From contig MU004184.1 in assembly GCA_010093605.1 (NCBI GenBank), forward strand, positions 630,801 through 694,800: DNA of 64,000 nt. The letters are read 5' to 3'. The notes beneath the pieces were generated by a model, which worked only from the letters and a program-made list of their open reading frames with translations, made no database searches and was not told the origin of the DNA. How positions within the stretch are numbered: position 1 is the stretch's first letter; each line of letters starts with the position of its first letter. The stretch is from Lophium mytilinum (taxonomy: Eukaryota). A program made the position numbers and the translations under genes. This document shows positions 60,328-64,000 of this stretch, piece after piece.

Positions 60328-63211
60328 ATGTCTGGGGCACAATATGCGGAGCGTGGGGGAGCCCTGCGCCCTGCCCAAAGCGACCACTTTGACGCACCCG
60401 CCGATCCTGTCTTCTTCTCTACATCCTCTTCTCCCAGACTCTTCCGCCTCCCCTCAGGCCCCTTCGACAACGACTCGGGCGACTCGTCGGCCGTCCAGTC
60501 CCTCACCTCAGCCAGCACGCTGGACAGCAAGCTGGATTTCCCACCCTCCGATGCCGCTGCTCGCCAGGGCATGCTCGCAGACAGCTTCTTCCCGACCTGG
60601 AGCAACGATGCGGCCGGCGCCAATCTAGACAACCCGGAGGAGATGCAGAAGAATGACCCTCTAGCCACCCAGATATGGAAACTGTATAGCAAGGCCAAGA
60701 CGCAGTTGCCCAACGCGGAGCGCATGGAAAATCTGACCTGGCGAATGATGGCCATGAGCATGAAGCGCGCTGAACTGGATCGCAGAGGGTTCGTCCGCCT
60801 TGACCCAGCAGCTACTTGTCATTTGAACCCAGGGCCGTGTTAACAGCAGTGCCTCCAGATTGTCGCGATCCAACTCCTCCTTCACACCCTCCGCGGGCTC
60901 CATGTCGGCGCCCAGCGGCATTGCGCAGCTGCGAAAATCCGTCGACCAGCAGGCGCACGCCCAGGCGCAGCAGCCGCAGGCCGATGCGATGAATCTGGAC
61001 GATTTTATATTCCCTTCGTCGGTTGCGTCGCCCGCGGGTTTATCTCCGTCGCCGTCGAATGAACGCACAGCCTCGTCCAATACTACTGCACCGGGCATAC
61101 CGATAAGGAAGACTAGCCAGATGGCCGATCAAAACCACCACCTCGCCCGCGCATCAGCCCCGTCTGTTCCCCCAACCATCTCAAGAGAGCACGACTTTGG
61201 ATACATCCAACGGCACGTGCGCAAAACAAGTATCGATGAACGACGGGTCAGTACTTGCCTTTTTCTTCGCCCTACCACCCTCTCATTCCTTATCTAACAG
61301 CACCAGCCTCGCAAGCGACCAGCGGAGAACTCCCCACAGGTTCCCGCCGTTAACAGCATCATGATACCCAATGAGCCCGAAGCAGACGCGGCTCTCCATC
61401 ACTATACCCTAGACCAGCCAATGCATCCCCCCACCTTCCAGCATCACGGCTCTCAGCCACAGGTACCCTACTCCATCGACACCTTCCAACTGCAAGACGA
61501 TCCCATTATTAGCTCCGCTGGCCCGTTCCAGCAGCAGTTCACCTTCTCTCCCGTTGGCTCGCCTATGATGGCCCAAGGTGGCCCATACTCTGCCATGTAT
61601 AACCCTAACTCGATGGGCTCTTCACTAAACTCTGCCGACTACTACTCCCCTCCTGGCTCTGCGTATCCATCCACCGTGTCGACGCCCCAGCCAATGGCTG
61701 AAGGCGATGGCCAGATGTACTTCGATCGCAATGGCATGGACATCCGCCAACCGCACAATCTCCCCAGCCAGTACGGACCGCATCGACCCTCGGGTTTGTC
61801 TAACGCGATGCAGCCACAGTACATCTTTAACCCAAGCGGCGAGACCATCTTCAGTGCAGTCACCAGTGCTGCACCCCCGACACCATTCTCAGCTCCCGCC
61901 TTCCATCAACCAAACCATGTTGACCCGTCGCACGTCCTGCACCAAGACTTCCCGTCGCGGTCGGATACTCTCCAGAGCTCTCGGCACGACAACATGTTCT
62001 CGTTCGGAGCTGACTCTGACAACGAAGAAGATGAGGGTGGTGCATTCCCCGATCGCACTATGCCCATGCAAGCCGAGTACTCCCCCATGGATGACGGGCC
62101 GTTGGACTTTAGCAATGGCTTCCAGTGGGAGACGAGTCTGTCGAACCAATTCAACCCTGTCCCGGCTCGCTACCCGGCGGGGCCCCCACGCAAGCAGGTG
62201 ACAATTGGGCCAACGGAAATGGTGCCTTCACCGCAAGACCACTGGAGCCCTGGAGGCAGCCTTGGCCGTACCCATGGCTCTGCCGCGTCAGTCAGCGACA
62301 TCCGCAATCGTGGCAACGACCCGAGACGGCAGAAAATACCCCGCACCAGTTCCACTCCCAACGCTGCTGGCCTCGCGCAGCAGCAAGCGATGCATGGCCG
62401 GCCGCAGTCATCGCCAAGCTCACCTCCAGAATCCGGCTTCAGTTCCGCGGCACCTTCGCGGCCTACCAGTCCGGGAGGGACCAAACAGGGTGATCAGAAC
62501 GGCGTGCCGACGACGTGTACGAACTGCTTCACTCAGACTACCCCGTTATGGCGACGAAACCCCGAAGGGCATCCCCTGTGCAATGCCTGTGGTCTCTTCT
62601 TGAAGCTGCATGGTGTTGTGCGGCCACTATCGCTCAAGACGGATGTCATCAAGAAGCGCAATAGAGGAAGCGGCAACACCGTTCCTGTTGGCACAGCATC
62701 AACACGCTCGTCCAAGAAAGCATCTCGCAAAAACTCTCTTGCACAGACACCGGTCACCACTCCCACGTCTGCAAAAGCGAGTGGTGGCGATTCAGAGTCG
62801 CCAAAGTCTACAGGGTCTGGCGGCGGAAACTCGGCCCCGAATGCCTCAGGCATATCTGGCGGCGCTGCAGGACTCAACAAGAGTGGCGTGGTCCCAATTG
62901 CCCCAGGGCCGCCAAAACCGCAGAGCGCTGGGGCAGGCTCTAACCAAAACCGCAGTGGCAACGCTCCTCCAAAGAAGGCCCGTCGGCTAAGCAAATCTGG
63001 TATGATGGAGTTTGAGATGGGTGATGCCGACGACACCAGCGGAAAGATAGCGGCACCGCCGACCGTCCGGAAGAAGGAGTCGGCGCCAATGATCCCGCCC
63101 AATATTGGCAGCCAGAATATGGGCAGTTTGCCCATGGGTGCGATGGGACAGGGTCTCGCAACAGGAGTCAGCGGGCCCCAGGAATGGGAATGGCTCACAA
63201 TGAGCTTGTGA
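60328..63211 (+). CDS. areA: Nitrogen regulatory GATA transcription factor AreA/NIT2
   Basis: Exons 60328-60788, 60859-61246, 61307-63211. DUF1752 motif [45 protein letters not shown] finger [50 protein letters not shown], and C-terminal EWEWLTMSL. Confidence 0.97.
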
Positions 63212-64000
63212 AGTGTCAAAAGACACACTCATCAAGCTCCCCAGCACATCGTACTGCACGTTTTCGCCGCGTGTTGACGAGGACCGGGGTTCGAATGCCT
63301 CGGTGATGCCTCTTCCAATTGCAACACCTACGATGGCTTCAAGGCGGTTGACATTGTCCTGCCATTACTGTCTGAACCGGTTGTTTGCAAACTCCCACCG
63401 CCAGGCTTCCCGTTCATCAACACATGCATTGTTTGCGACATTTGGCTTGTGGCGTTCAGGTGTTCTGTACTTGCTTTTGATTTTGGGAGGGCCGGGTGGT
63501 TTGCGAGTGCAGCGATTCCAGAGCTCGATCTGTCAGTCCCTACCATCATTGATTCCCCCCTCGCGACACGTTCGTGCTTTCCAAAGCTATGGTTCTGGCT
63601 GGCAGATTCTTCATGATACCTCGGATCATCTTGTTGGGGAGGTCTTATAGAGCGGTTTTGGTATTCTTCAGAGCGACATTACACAACACCCTACTGGCTA
63701 TCACCTACTCAACCCGCTGGGTGAAGGAGGCAGGCGCTTCACACCGGCATCAATCACATCACTACACTACACTACTACTACCATCGAGCGCGAGAAATTC
63801 TTGCGTCGCCACTTCCGGGACCGCGGTTAGGCACTCCCAATCTACCGCAGAGAGCATCTAATCACGAGAGGGTGGGTAATGAGTTCGACGGGTCGGGTTT
63901 ATATCCTTTTCCTTTTCAAGCTGCATGAATCTAATGAATTTGCGTGTTTGAGTGATTCCCTTAGATCAATGGTGTTTGCTGTTTGCTACTTGCTCTGATT

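Noticed and set aside
60844..61306. Extra in-frame CAG acceptors in both areA introns
   Set aside because: They lie only 2-6 nt from the branch site, too close for likely use.
63212..64000. Search for an A. nidulans-type areA 3'UTR repeat decay element
   Set aside because: No clear tandem repeat seen, only a short low-complexity CACTA/CTA run near 63760-63782.

Overview
Eukaryotic, intron-containing DNA from a filamentous ascomycete (Pezizomycotina, probably Dothideomycetes-like; the taxon is inferred, not proven). I could build 21 protein-coding gene models, using splice signals where introns are present. Mostly conserved housekeeping or regulatory genes: Seb1/Msn2-like C2H2 TF, DPH6, PNO1, MDM31, SPP2, IRE1, CCT2, a NirA-like Zn2Cys6 TF, PRE1, enolase, HAM-8, a DJ-1/PfpI protein, HSK3, the nitrogen GATA factor AreA/NIT2, and two conserved uncharacterised genes. 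Accessory-looking genes: a HET-domain protein, a But2-like small secreted protein, a degenerate cyclophilin, a GPI-type cell-wall protein and a 1000-aa orphan ORF. Also present are an intron-containing tRNA-Gln(CTG), a 79-bp tandem duplication and a RIP-mutated solo-LTR-like relic. I see no clear multi-gene novel system. Best leads: (1) a dense GATA-site cluster plus TATA box plus small ORF about 4.3 kb upstream of areA; (2) a subtilase-propeptide (I9)-like insertion in Dph6; (3) a cyclophilin with a remodelled active site; (4) a 240-codon open frame directly behind the stop codon of a small conserved gene; (5) a probable dual-promoter enolase leader. All homology calls are from motif recognition, with no database search.
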